DNA from: Candidatus Hermodarchaeota archaeon
Lineage (GTDB): Archaea > Asgardarchaeota > Thorarchaeia > Thorarchaeales > Thorarchaeaceae
DNA: 64,000 bases
Direction: 5' to 3'
NCBI GenBank assembly: GCA_048885865.1
Contig: JBHLLF010000002.1
Location: 32,001 to 96,000 of the forward strand
Below, piece after piece: positions 1 through 8,674 of this stretch; within the stretch, counting starts at the first letter, position 1; each line of letters starts with the position of its first letter. Below the pieces are notes generated by a model, which saw only the letters and a program-made list of their open reading frames with translations, made no database searches and had not been told where the DNA came from. The position numbers were made by a program, and so were the translations under genes.

Positions 1-2
1 CT

Positions 3-560
3 GAATTGGCAATCGGACTTTGGCTCATCGTAAAGGGAACTCGAGATGCACGTGTGGGTGATATCTCCGGGAAGATCATTCCTCTTGTACAGAAAGAAGG
101 TCGAATTGGTGTGGCTGAAGCTGCAAGAGTGCTTGACGTAGATTCCGCAGACGTCGCGGATGCTGCAGAGAAGCTAGCACGTAGACGTCTTCCTCTTGTC
201 TATCTCGATAGAGGGAAGAATGAGATTGTCAGTCCGTCTGCAGTGTCCCTTGAAGAGAGTCTACTGCACTTGTTGCATGCGCAGAGGAGAATGACTTTCG
301 ACCAAATCTCGAACGTTGCAAATGCAACCGATGATCAAATTGTTGAAGCCCTTGAACAGCTATCCAGTAAGGGCAGATTTAGAGGCACCATCGACAAGAA
401 TTCTCGAGTGGTCTATACATCGGAAGCAGTTGAGCAGCTGCCTAAGGCTGTTACTGCATGTCCTAATTGCGGCGGCAGGCTTCCCGCTCCAATACTTCCT
501 GGAGAAGAGGAGTACTGCCCATTCTGCGGACATTCCATTGTCAACCGCCTAGAAACCTGA
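3..560 (+). CDS. 5'-truncated protein: end of a TM helix, two winged-helix/PCI-like repeats and a C-terminal zinc ribbon
   Basis: Frame is open to the window edge. Hydrophobic AIGLWLIV; PCI-like MTFDQIS...LEQLSSKGRFRGTIDKNSRVVY; CPNCG...CPFCG. Confidence 0.6.
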   Translation, partial: ELAIGLWLIVKGTRDARVGDISGKIIPLVQKEGRIGVAEAARVLDVDSADVADAAEKLARRRLPLVYLDRGKNEIVSPSAVSLEESLLHLLHAQRRMTFDQISNVANATDDQIVEALEQLSSKGRFRGTIDKNSRVVYTSEAVEQLPKAVTACPNCGGRLPAPILPGEEEYCPFCGHSIVNRLET

Positions 561-570
561 TGCCGTGGCC

Positions 571-1701
571 TTATCTGTCCATGTATGTTTCCCAGATATC
601 AAGAATATCACCATTAGAGGTTGCATAAAACCTACTCGAGAGATTTGCTGCAAGGCATGAGTGGTTCGGCAGGATTCTCACACGGTCTCCAGGAACGAGG
701 CCTTTCAACGGAGACCCCTTGGCTATCTTCACTTTCCCATGTTCTTGAGAAAGTCCTGTTATATCAGTATTTTCTGCAAAATCCCCTTCATGGTAGTCGG
801 AAATGACTTTTCCAAATCCGCAATTCGGGAAGAGGTGCCTTGGCCCGGGATCTAATGACAGTGCTGTGGCCCCTGCATCAAGAATGATGCGGTTTGGATA
901 CGCGCTTATGACGCTCGAGAGGACTGACAACGCGCAGTCATATGGCTTGCACACACCTAGTGCTACTTGTGTATAGTCGAAGAAGACATAGCTACCCGGC
1001 CGGACTTCTGTTATTCCCTTCTTGATGGAGTCAGTCAACATCATGGTGGGAGTTGAGCCGATGCTGACAATCTTTGGTGCAAGTGCTTTGCTCCTTTTTC
1101 TCAAATCTCTGGCGAACTTGAGCATGACATTCTGTTCTTCCTCAGCGATAGCTTTGATTTCATCAACCGACCTGGCATAGTAGGAATGGCCGCTATGGGT
1201 GAGGATTCCAGCAAAGTTCAGTCCGCGCGCCTTGTGGATTTTCTCAGCAAGATCTAGGGAGCCCTTTCTCGTGGGATCTACACCACTTCGATGATAGTTG
1301 CAATCCACTTTGAGAAGTACATCTAGATCCTCCTTGGCTTTCCTGAATCTCGTCCTAAGTTCTTTGAGTGCAGCAGGATGGTCGATAATCACCCTAAATT
1401 TGACCTTGATGGCAAGTTTAGCGACGGAATTCATCTTGTCGGGTGCAAGGGGAACTGCCAACGTTATGTCATCAAATCCATTCTCAGCAAAGAACATTGC
1501 TTCGCTCATTGTTGATACTGTGATGCCCGATGCTCCATAGTTCCTTTGAATCTCGGCAATCTCAACACATTTGTGTGTCTTGACATGTGGTCTCAGACTT
1601 ACTTGATGTTCACGTGCCTTGTTTGCCATGTTCTTGATGTTTTGGACGAGTCTGTCATAGTCGACCAAGGTCGCTGGCGTTATCAAGTCATCAACGCGCA
1701 T
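571..1701 (-). CDS. PLP-dependent fold-type III enzyme, D-serine dehydratase (DSD1)/D-threonine aldolase family
   Basis: TPATLVD, RPHVKTHK (PLP Lys), HRSGV, THSGH, GSTPT, EVRPG, LSQEHG, PNHSC; ATG at 1701 preferred over 1728. Confidence 0.85.
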   Translation of the reverse strand: MRVDDLITPATLVDYDRLVQNIKNMANKAREHQVSLRPHVKTHKCVEIAEIQRNYGASGITVSTMSEAMFFAENGFDDITLAVPLAPDKMNSVAKLAIKVKFRVIIDHPAALKELRTRFRKAKEDLDVLLKVDCNYHRSGVDPTRKGSLDLAEKIHKARGLNFAGILTHSGHSYYARSVDEIKAIAEEEQNVMLKFARDLRKRSKALAPKIVSIGSTPTMMLTDSIKKGITEVRPGSYVFFDYTQVALGVCKPYDCALSVLSSVISAYPNRIILDAGATALSLDPGPRHLFPNCGFGKVISDYHEGDFAENTDITGLSQEHGKVKIAKGSPLKGLVPGDRVRILPNHSCLAANLSSRFYATSNGDILDIWETYMDR

Positions 1702-1748
1702 GTCTTTTCCGAAGCAAAGGCCCCTCAAAACCGTTGTTATGCTGTCCT

Positions 1749-3170
1749 CTAAGTTATGCCATGTTGGTCGCCGCGGATTCTTCTTCTCAGACCAAGCCTT
1801 GCCTCATCTACCTTTGAAGCAACGCGACTCTTCTTGGGCCAATACTCCTTGATCTCCTCATATCCTTGGACATCCCAATACAATGGACAAGCTCCAAAGC
1901 AATAATCGAAATAAGTGCAGACTTTACAGCCCTCAGCTGCAAAGTCTTTGCTCCTCCAGAATCTGGAGGCTCGATTGTTCCATACACTCTCAAAGGATTC
2001 TTCTAAGAGGTTGCCAACGGGGTCGCTGAAGCTCGAGCAGGGAAGAAGACCTCCCTCAGGATCAACGGACAGTAGGCCGTCACACGCTGCACAACTTTTT
2101 GCGCCAAGGCCTAGCGCAATAGGATTGAATATGCATACTGGTGTAGGGGCATACCATACGAATTGCAGCCCCCTCTTGTTTGCTCTCTTCTTCACTCGCT
2201 TCACAATCTCGCCAATGTCTTCATACTTGACCTGCAACTCGTTTCTCAACTTAGCGGCAGTGCCAGTATAGATGACCATGTTCATGCTGAAATAACTCAG
2301 TTCCAATTCACTGGCGATGAACTCAACCAGTTCTTCAAGCTTGTCAACATTAGGTCTGCAGATCGTTGTATTGCAGTGAGTATAGATGTTCGTTTCCTTG
2401 AGATTCTTGATTCCTTGAACCGTTTGCGCAAAGGATCCCGGTGCGCCAGCAATTTGATCATGTGTCTTGGCATCAGGACCCTCGATTGATACCTGAGCAC
2501 TGTTTAGATCAGCCTGGACTAGTCGTTGAACGAATTCTGGGTCTGCACACCTCCGGCCATTTGTGATAAGATTGACACGGAGTCCTCTTTCTCGAGCATA
2601 TGCAATCAGCTCAAAAAGGTCATCACGTAGGGTTGGCTCCCCTCCGGTGAAGGAAAGACTTGGAATGTGAGCATCGTCGACAATAATGTCAATAATCCGC
2701 TTTACCTCGTCTGTAGTCATCTCTTTGGTTTCTCGATGTGGTGAAAATGCATAGCAGAATTGACACTCATTGTTACATCGGTAAGTTAGCGCAATCTCGC
2801 TCAATACGGGATATTTTATTTCTCCCTCTCCAAAAGGCACGATTCTAGCGGTCTTGTATGAGTAGATGTTCTGATTTCCCATCACCATGATTCTTAGGTC
2901 ATCAACAAAAGCGGCCAGATCATTCAGTACTTGCTGTTCATCAGCCTCAAAGTTCCTCACAAAGTGGTCTCTGACTTCTTCTGCCGTTGCGCCATCAAGC
3001 AGCATACGTAGCATTATTGTTCCCGTTTCATTGAGGTGCATAACCTTGTTTGGACGCAGTATCAAGAGTTTATCCTGTGGCCTTACGAAGAAGTAATCCT
3101 TGACCTCGTGCATGAAATTGACTATCCAGCTGAGCTCCTCCAACGTGTAGTCATACTGTGACTGATGCAT
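1749..3170 (-). CDS. Radical SAM/SPASM peptide maturase with N-terminal PqqD/RRE-like domain
   Basis: N-terminal LNETGTIMLRMLLDGATAEEV...VLNDLAAFVDDL (PqqD-like); CNNECQFC; FTGGEP; SPASM C-x12-G-x4-C and CKVC-x5-C-x3-CP. Confidence 0.9.
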   Translation of the reverse strand: MHQSQYDYTLEELSWIVNFMHEVKDYFFVRPQDKLLILRPNKVMHLNETGTIMLRMLLDGATAEEVRDHFVRNFEADEQQVLNDLAAFVDDLRIMVMGNQNIYSYKTARIVPFGEGEIKYPVLSEIALTYRCNNECQFCYAFSPHRETKEMTTDEVKRIIDIIVDDAHIPSLSFTGGEPTLRDDLFELIAYARERGLRVNLITNGRRCADPEFVQRLVQADLNSAQVSIEGPDAKTHDQIAGAPGSFAQTVQGIKNLKETNIYTHCNTTICRPNVDKLEELVEFIASELELSYFSMNMVIYTGTAAKLRNELQVKYEDIGEIVKRVKKRANKRGLQFVWYAPTPVCIFNPIALGLGAKSCAACDGLLSVDPEGGLLPCSSFSDPVGNLLEESFESVWNNRASRFWRSKDFAAEGCKVCTYFDYCFGACPLYWDVQGYEEIKEYWPKKSRVASKVDEARLGLRRRIRGDQHGIT

Positions 3171-3279
3171 CGTTCGTGAGGGCTTAGCTGGAGGTGTCTT
3201 AAGGATTCGCCTACAACCTGAAAGGCTTATCAGCCTCCATATACGAATACAGGCAAGACACGATGAAGGAGTGTGTCAT

Positions 3280-3672
3280 ATGAGTTCCGAGATAAAATTG
3301 CCATATGGAGCAATCAGCAAGAAGAAGCTGATTATGCATTTCAGCGCCTTTGATATCGATTTGCCAGTGATTGCCGCTGGAATCAGAGAGAGGATGGATG
3401 TCTTGCGAGAGCTTGAGGTTGCTTTTGCAGGGTTTGGAACAGAGATACCAGCAGAGATGACTGAGCAGACACCAGCCACGGTAAAGGCATTCTTCGAGTA
3501 TGTGGGAAAGGGTACTGACGCTGATATCATCCTCAAGCGCGTCTACCATATTATTTGGGGCGGCATGATAATGGAGTTTCCAGATCTTGATGAATGGGCG
3601 GCAGCCAAGGCGGATTTATCGAATTTAACGATTGCACAGGCAGATGTACTGCGTGCGCAGCGTGGTGAATAA
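3280..3672 (+). CDS. Hypothetical protein (~130 aa)
   Basis: Clean ORF with AGGAGTG RBS upstream; no recognised motif. Confidence 0.65.
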   Translation: MSSEIKLPYGAISKKKLIMHFSAFDIDLPVIAAGIRERMDVLRELEVAFAGFGTEIPAEMTEQTPATVKAFFEYVGKGTDADIILKRVYHIIWGGMIMEFPDLDEWAAAKADLSNLTIAQADVLRAQRGE

Positions 3673-3728
3673 TGGAGAAACCTTTGTGATGTGTTCAGCT
3701 GGAATTTCTAGCCAAAATGGAATGAATA

Positions 3729-5915
3729 TTGGGACGGCTTGGAGTTGCTAATCAATTGAAGCGCTACTTTACCCTGATGTGTACAATTGGTTTCATCCTT
3801 CTAGTCTTTGCTCCTGTATGCGTCAGTGGGACGACAATTAGCCAAAGCCCTGTTATCAACCTCGATAGCGTTTTCGTGGATGTGGTAGTTCTTCCAAATG
3901 GCCGAATAAATGTCACATATTGGATAACCATATCCGTAATTGAGAATTCCCTAGGCGGAATCGATTTAGCGGGGATTCAAGAAACCACGATTTATGATCC
4001 CGATCGTGCGTACGCTGAGGTGGACGGAAACCGCTACAATCTGGTAGTTGGAGATCTCTCGAATGGCTATGCTCTAGACTGGACTCCCCGGACTCAAGCT
4101 GGAGAAACAGTCACAGTAGTATTCGGGTATTTCAGTACAAACAGAGTTCTAGAGATGACAACTGGAACATTTACTCTTGAGGGCTCTGGTCTGCAAGTTA
4201 CCGGCGATCTGGCTGTTTTCAATTGGGCTCCAGTACAGTGGAGTTTGCCTCTTGATTATGAGAATGTGAGAGTCATCTATCCTATTGAAATGCAGGCTTC
4301 ATGGATTACGGGGGAAGGTGGAATCACCTCAGAGGGTGCAGATTATGCGGGCTATGTTGTGGATAGCCGTCAGAGGCTTGAAGACAACTTTGGCAGCTTC
4401 TTTGCCTTCGATGAGGAGAACCTTCTTGCCTATCCCTCGTCGGCTTCCGCTGACCCTCGATACTTCAGCGTTAGTCTAGGACATTCCAATTTAGGCTCCT
4501 ATGACCACTTCCGTGTCTTCCACTATACCAATTGGAGCTTCTATGCTCCGTATCTCGAACCGGGCGCTCTAGACTACAACACTCAAGAGAATATCAATGC
4601 AGATGCGAACACGGAATTCTCAGTTAATGTAGATGTATTCAATATCGGAGACGCCCCACTCAATGATGTTTCCATAACCCTCTCTGTACCAGACAACCTC
4701 ACTCTGACTTCTGGCCAGATTTCTACCTACATTGGAACACTCGATGGTGGAGAGAACTCTCATTTGACATATCACTTCATCCCCGATAACTTGCCAGAGA
4801 TACTTCCCCTCACGTTTCAAATCTCATCATCCAGTCTCAATACAAGTGACTGGATTACATTTACAGTCAACATCTATGTGCGTGAAGTCATTCCTCCCTT
4901 GATTCCGCCGAATCTACTGATTTGGGGATCTGCTGGAATAGCAGCCATAGCTGTTGTTTCTTTTGGCTATCGTCGAATAATGGGTGGATATGGAGCAACA
5001 TGGGAAGTTGATGAAACAACCAAGGTATATCAGAGCCCGGAGATTGCCATACAGACCTTCGGCACACCCGGAACTGTCGCAGATCTCGATCCTGTCGAGA
5101 GCGCGTTCTTTGTCAATACAAATCGCAAGAAACTGGTGTCAATGATTCTCATGTCCTGTGTGAAGAAGGGTGCAGTAAGGGTGATATCAACAGATCCCTT
5201 ACGCCTTTCGGATACGGGCCTGAGGTTCGAGGACCTTACTTACTATGAGCAAATGCTTGTCGACTCCATTAGCGACAATGAGCTTGACCCTGACAAGATT
5301 GATGACATGCTGGAAGAACTAGCTGAGAAGGTTCAGGAGAAATCTTGGGATGCCGACTTCGAGGCTACAAAAGACCACCATGAGGAGATGGTCGATGGAG
5401 CTTGGGAACAACTCGAAAGCGATCCCACACTTGATGGACGCGTAGATTACTATTTCAATCGAAGGTACCACGACACCTGGGCATGGTACTGGTTCTATAT
5501 GCATCCTCATCATAGCCGAAGAATTAGCCGAGTTTTCACACCCCCCGGCGGGACGATTGCCCCACCAAGGATACCAGATTGGTTTGGTCAGATTGCTGAT
5601 GCTGCTGGACATTCATTTGGCGAAGTTGGACGTGTGGTTGGAGATGTAGCTTCAACCACGGGCCAAATCATGACGAATGTGACAAACACCATTGGAGATG
5701 TCCTTTCGGGAGTTGGTAACATCATCCGAGAACCGCTGAAACCTATCTTGGAGGAGACCAGTCGTTGTGTGTCTCATGATGCCTGCCACTCTGCATGCGT
5801 TTCGCACGACGCCTGTCATAGTGCCTGTCACAGCGCCTGCCATAGTGCTTGTGTATGCCATAGTGCCTGTCATAGTGCATGCCACAGTGCATGTGTTTCT
5901 GGAGGATTTAGATAA
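3729..5915 (+). CDS. Single-pass membrane protein (DUF2207-like ectodomain plus Ig-like/CARDB module) with a C-terminal Cys/His (CHSA)n tail; candidate radical SAM substrate
   Basis: Signal-like N-terminus, beta-rich ectodomain, TM LLIWGSAGIAAIAVVSFGY followed by RR, C-terminus CVSHDACHSA...CVSGGFR. Confidence 0.8.
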   Translation: MGRLGVANQLKRYFTLMCTIGFILLVFAPVCVSGTTISQSPVINLDSVFVDVVVLPNGRINVTYWITISVIENSLGGIDLAGIQETTIYDPDRAYAEVDGNRYNLVVGDLSNGYALDWTPRTQAGETVTVVFGYFSTNRVLEMTTGTFTLEGSGLQVTGDLAVFNWAPVQWSLPLDYENVRVIYPIEMQASWITGEGGITSEGADYAGYVVDSRQRLEDNFGSFFAFDEENLLAYPSSASADPRYFSVSLGHSNLGSYDHFRVFHYTNWSFYAPYLEPGALDYNTQENINADANTEFSVNVDVFNIGDAPLNDVSITLSVPDNLTLTSGQISTYIGTLDGGENSHLTYHFIPDNLPEILPLTFQISSSSLNTSDWITFTVNIYVREVIPPLIPPNLLIWGSAGIAAIAVVSFGYRRIMGGYGATWEVDETTKVYQSPEIAIQTFGTPGTVADLDPVESAFFVNTNRKKLVSMILMSCVKKGAVRVISTDPLRLSDTGLRFEDLTYYEQMLVDSISDNELDPDKIDDMLEELAEKVQEKSWDADFEATKDHHEEMVDGAWEQLESDPTLDGRVDYYFNRRYHDTWAWYWFYMHPHHSRRISRVFTPPGGTIAPPRIPDWFGQIADAAGHSFGEVGRVVGDVASTTGQIMTNVTNTIGDVLSGVGNIIREPLKPILEETSRCVSHDACHSACVSHDACHSACHSACHSACVCHSACHSACHSACVSGGFR
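5766..5912 (+). repeat. Coding repeat: 7x CHSA plus 2x CVSHDA (degenerate 12-bp units)
   Basis: Units such as tgccactctgca, tgtcatagtgcc and tgtcacagcgcc vary only synonymously. Confidence 0.95.
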
Positions 5916-6682
5916 TGGGAGAAACCATCAAGACAATATTTCATTTGAGCGATATACACATCGGAGAACAAGGAGTGTCTCGAGGAGACTTCCGTGAAGT
6001 AATCGAGAGCATTGAGAAGCGCGCTCCGCATATGACCTCGCCTCTCATTCTTATCACAGGCGATCTCACAGGGGAGGGACTTAGAGAGGAGTATGAAGCA
6101 TTCTCTAATGTTGTATCTGGCATTGAAACTCCTCTCATAATCGTGCCTGGAAACCATGACGAGCGCAATTACGGCGCTGCACACTTCGAGGAGATGTTTG
6201 GAGAGCGTTTCAAGACCTACGAGGACGAATCTATTGCGTTGTATGCAGCTGACAGTGCAGAACCAGACAACGATGCAGGGCATGTTGGTCGGACTAAGTA
6301 TAATGAGATACATGACTTTCTCGGAGGGGCGAAAGAGAAGGTGCGCATATTCGCGTTACATCATCATCTGATACCGGTCCCAAACACTGGGAGGGAACAC
6401 AATGTTGTGGAGGATTCTGGTGCTGTCTTGGGCCTTTTGGATCGAACGCAATGCTCGTTGGTCCTAAATGGTCACCGTCATGTCCCTTGGATGTGGAATC
6501 TGAATGATATGATTATATACACGACTGGTACCCTGCTCTCCCGGCGTGTTCGTGGAGCTACAACTCAAGTCTATACACTTATTGAGCTCACTAAGACCGA
6601 TGTCACATTTACCTTGGTTGAGAAATCAGGCTCTGCAAGCCTATTCTCTCGTGCTGAGCTTCGTCCCGCTGTCCTAGGCTAG
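5915..6682 (+). CDS. Calcineurin-like metallophosphoesterase (Icc/CpdA-like)
   Basis: SDIH, TGD, PGNHD, LHHH, GHRH motifs; TAATG overlap with the upstream stop. Confidence 0.9.
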   Translation: MGETIKTIFHLSDIHIGEQGVSRGDFREVIESIEKRAPHMTSPLILITGDLTGEGLREEYEAFSNVVSGIETPLIIVPGNHDERNYGAAHFEEMFGERFKTYEDESIALYAADSAEPDNDAGHVGRTKYNEIHDFLGGAKEKVRIFALHHHLIPVPNTGREHNVVEDSGAVLGLLDRTQCSLVLNGHRHVPWMWNLNDMIIYTTGTLLSRRVRGATTQVYTLIELTKTDVTFTLVEKSGSASLFSRAELRPAVLG

Positions 6683-6691
6683 TCACAATAA

Positions 6692-7051
6692 TCACTGGAA
6701 AATGATGACCGCTCGCAGTGAAATCACATCTGATAATGTTAACATAGATGACACAGTTCCTGTGACCACCACAATTGAGTGTTCAGGCGGAATCCAGCCA
6801 TCCCAAGTGAAAACAAGGCCTTGAAGGCTTCCTGAAGGAGGAATGACAATGAAGCTGTTGCCCAGTGCATAGATTAATTCTCCTTTCACTGTCACTACAG
6901 TACCATTTGACACATTTCCGCCATTTATGTCCTCTATAGATGTTGCACCAATCACGCCGTCGTGCCACGCTATAACTAGGACAGCTAAGATGATAATTCC
7001 GAATAGTAGTCCGAAAGCCTTTCCCTTCGAACCCTTCTTCCGTTTTGGCAT
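6692..7051 (-). CDS. Small membrane-anchored protein, possible OB-fold
   Basis: Basic N-terminus plus TM helix; VVTVKGEL...VVVTGTV pattern. Confidence 0.55.
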   Translation of the reverse strand: MPKRKKGSKGKAFGLLFGIIILAVLVIAWHDGVIGATSIEDINGGNVSNGTVVTVKGELIYALGNSFIVIPPSGSLQGLVFTWDGWIPPEHSIVVVTGTVSSMLTLSDVISLRAVIIFQ

Positions 7052-7158
7052 GCTTCTACCCTCATCTCAATCTGACTAAATCCACTAAAAGATGTTGTCA
7101 CGAACAGATAGTCTAGTGCCCTCCGGTACATTCTATAGCCCGTTGCATTTGAGTTACC

Positions 7159-8382
7159 TTGATTCTAATGGATGTTGGAAGAGAATTCATACGGCTTTGT
7201 GGCGAGGTAGGAAATTTTTCAAAAAGTGTGACCGGCCTCAGCATTGTTGATGCCTATTATGGACCGGATGAATTGGCGCCAGACCGACAGGCAAAGGATC
7301 GCGAGCCAGACATAATGATGCATGAGCTATCAGTTTTATACGACAATATTAAGGATGAGATTAAACTGCCTCTGCGCTCGAAGTATCTCACTACGGAAGT
7401 TTATTCGCTGCAATCTGTTGTCAGATGGATGACAGGAGAGGAAATGTCCTATACTGACATTGTGGAGAATGTCTTTGGTATCAAACCAACTAGATTCTCT
7501 GAGAAAGAAGTAGAAGAAGCAATGAAGAATGTTGAGGCTGCATTTTCAGACTGTCCTGGCAGTGATACGAGAGAGCGTGTGGAGCAATTCAAACTTGATG
7601 GCCAGGTGCAAGGAGTGGAGGCAAAGAACTACATCGAAGGAGAATTGCAGCAGAGTGCAAAGGATGTAGGGATGTTATTCCAGAAAAAAGTCTACGCTAG
7701 CATGGATGCCACTGTGATTGACAATGGCATTGAGTATAAGGCGGTGACAGACAAGCCCTGGGGAGGCTACAACTATTACCAAGGTGACTACAAATCAAAA
7801 AACGAGTTCAATGTTGACCGTCCATTTAGTAAACACGGACTAGCTGCTGTAATCTATCACGAATATGAGCATCATGTTTCGAATCTATGGAGAGAAAAGG
7901 CGTATCGCGAAAACAATTGGACAGACCTCTCCATTGTTCCCCTTACTGGAAGATGCGTGATCTCTGAGGGAACTGCTGATACTGCGATGGACTTCCTTGA
8001 AGTTGGCGAAGGAACTGATGCGCTAAGAATGCGAGCTTTAACGAACCTATCTCGGATGTGCAGCATGAACGCGGCACTAATGTTGAATCATGAGCACGCC
8101 TCTGATGATGAGGTTGTTGAATATCTGGTTGAATGCACATTCGGCAAGGAAGAGAGAATAAGACCATCCCTTGAATTTTCTCGACCCAAGACCAAGGAAG
8201 GGAAACCAAATCTTTGGGCTCCTTACATCTTCAATTATCTCACAGGTAGAAAGGACTTTGTCTATCCAACATTTCTCAAAGCCAAGGAAACTGACAAGCT
8301 TCCAGACTTCTTCAGAACAGTCTACCTCAATCCTTATTCAGGTTCAAGCAGAACTTGGAACGAAGCCTTCGATTGGCTTTAA
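7159..8382 (+). CDS. Putative zinc metallopeptidase (gluzincin-like, DUF885-related)
   Basis: IYHEYEHH followed by ISEGTA. Confidence 0.6.
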   Translation: MILMDVGREFIRLCGEVGNFSKSVTGLSIVDAYYGPDELAPDRQAKDREPDIMMHELSVLYDNIKDEIKLPLRSKYLTTEVYSLQSVVRWMTGEEMSYTDIVENVFGIKPTRFSEKEVEEAMKNVEAAFSDCPGSDTRERVEQFKLDGQVQGVEAKNYIEGELQQSAKDVGMLFQKKVYASMDATVIDNGIEYKAVTDKPWGGYNYYQGDYKSKNEFNVDRPFSKHGLAAVIYHEYEHHVSNLWREKAYRENNWTDLSIVPLTGRCVISEGTADTAMDFLEVGEGTDALRMRALTNLSRMCSMNAALMLNHEHASDDEVVEYLVECTFGKEERIRPSLEFSRPKTKEGKPNLWAPYIFNYLTGRKDFVYPTFLKAKETDKLPDFFRTVYLNPYSGSSRTWNEAFDWL

Positions 8383-8645
8383 TCCGCATCATGAGGGCCT
8401 GGGATTTGCGAAGCAAGAAGAAAAAGTCAAGCAATACTAGAAGCCGTAGGTATGCCCATCTCTTCTTTCTGTTAAATATCTCATTTCTGATTGCCCTTTG
8501 GCTTCTTATACAGTACTATTCGATTCCGCCGCTGGACATTCTTCTATCTTGGCTATTTGTTACAATTGTCATGATTGTGATTCTGTGGTTCGTTGACCGA
8601 AGGGCCGCGAAGATGGTTCTTAAAGATCTAAGCCGCAGTTCCTGA
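8355..8645 (+). CDS. Small two-TM membrane protein (start uncertain)
   Basis: Basic N-terminus and two hydrophobic helices. Confidence 0.5.
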   Translation: MERSLRLALIRIMRAWDLRSKKKKSSNTRSRRYAHLFFLLNISFLIALWLLIQYYSIPPLDILLSWLFVTIVMIVILWFVDRRAAKMVLKDLSRSS

Positions 8646-8674
8646 AATGAAAGCAGGGCGAGAAAAAGAATGAG

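Noticed and set aside
1749-3170. Calling the rSAM PqqE, NirJ/Ahb or MftC
   Set aside because: No pqq, heme-biosynthesis or mycofactocin genes are nearby; only family-level assignment is supported
5766-5900. Tandem repeat as a CRISPR array or VNTR
   Set aside because: The 12-bp units have no spacers, vary only at synonymous sites, lie in frame within a CDS, and no cas genes are present
5766-5915. CHSACH read as multiheme c-type (CxxxCH) motifs
   Set aside because: The motifs share cysteines and are packed too tightly for hemes, none is canonical CxxCH, and the tail is predicted to be cytoplasmic
5652-5997. Alternative-frame ORFs 5652..5885(-) and 5767..5997(+) as separate precursor peptides
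   Set aside because: They are shadows of the repeat; amino-acid identity between units is preserved only in the CHSA frame
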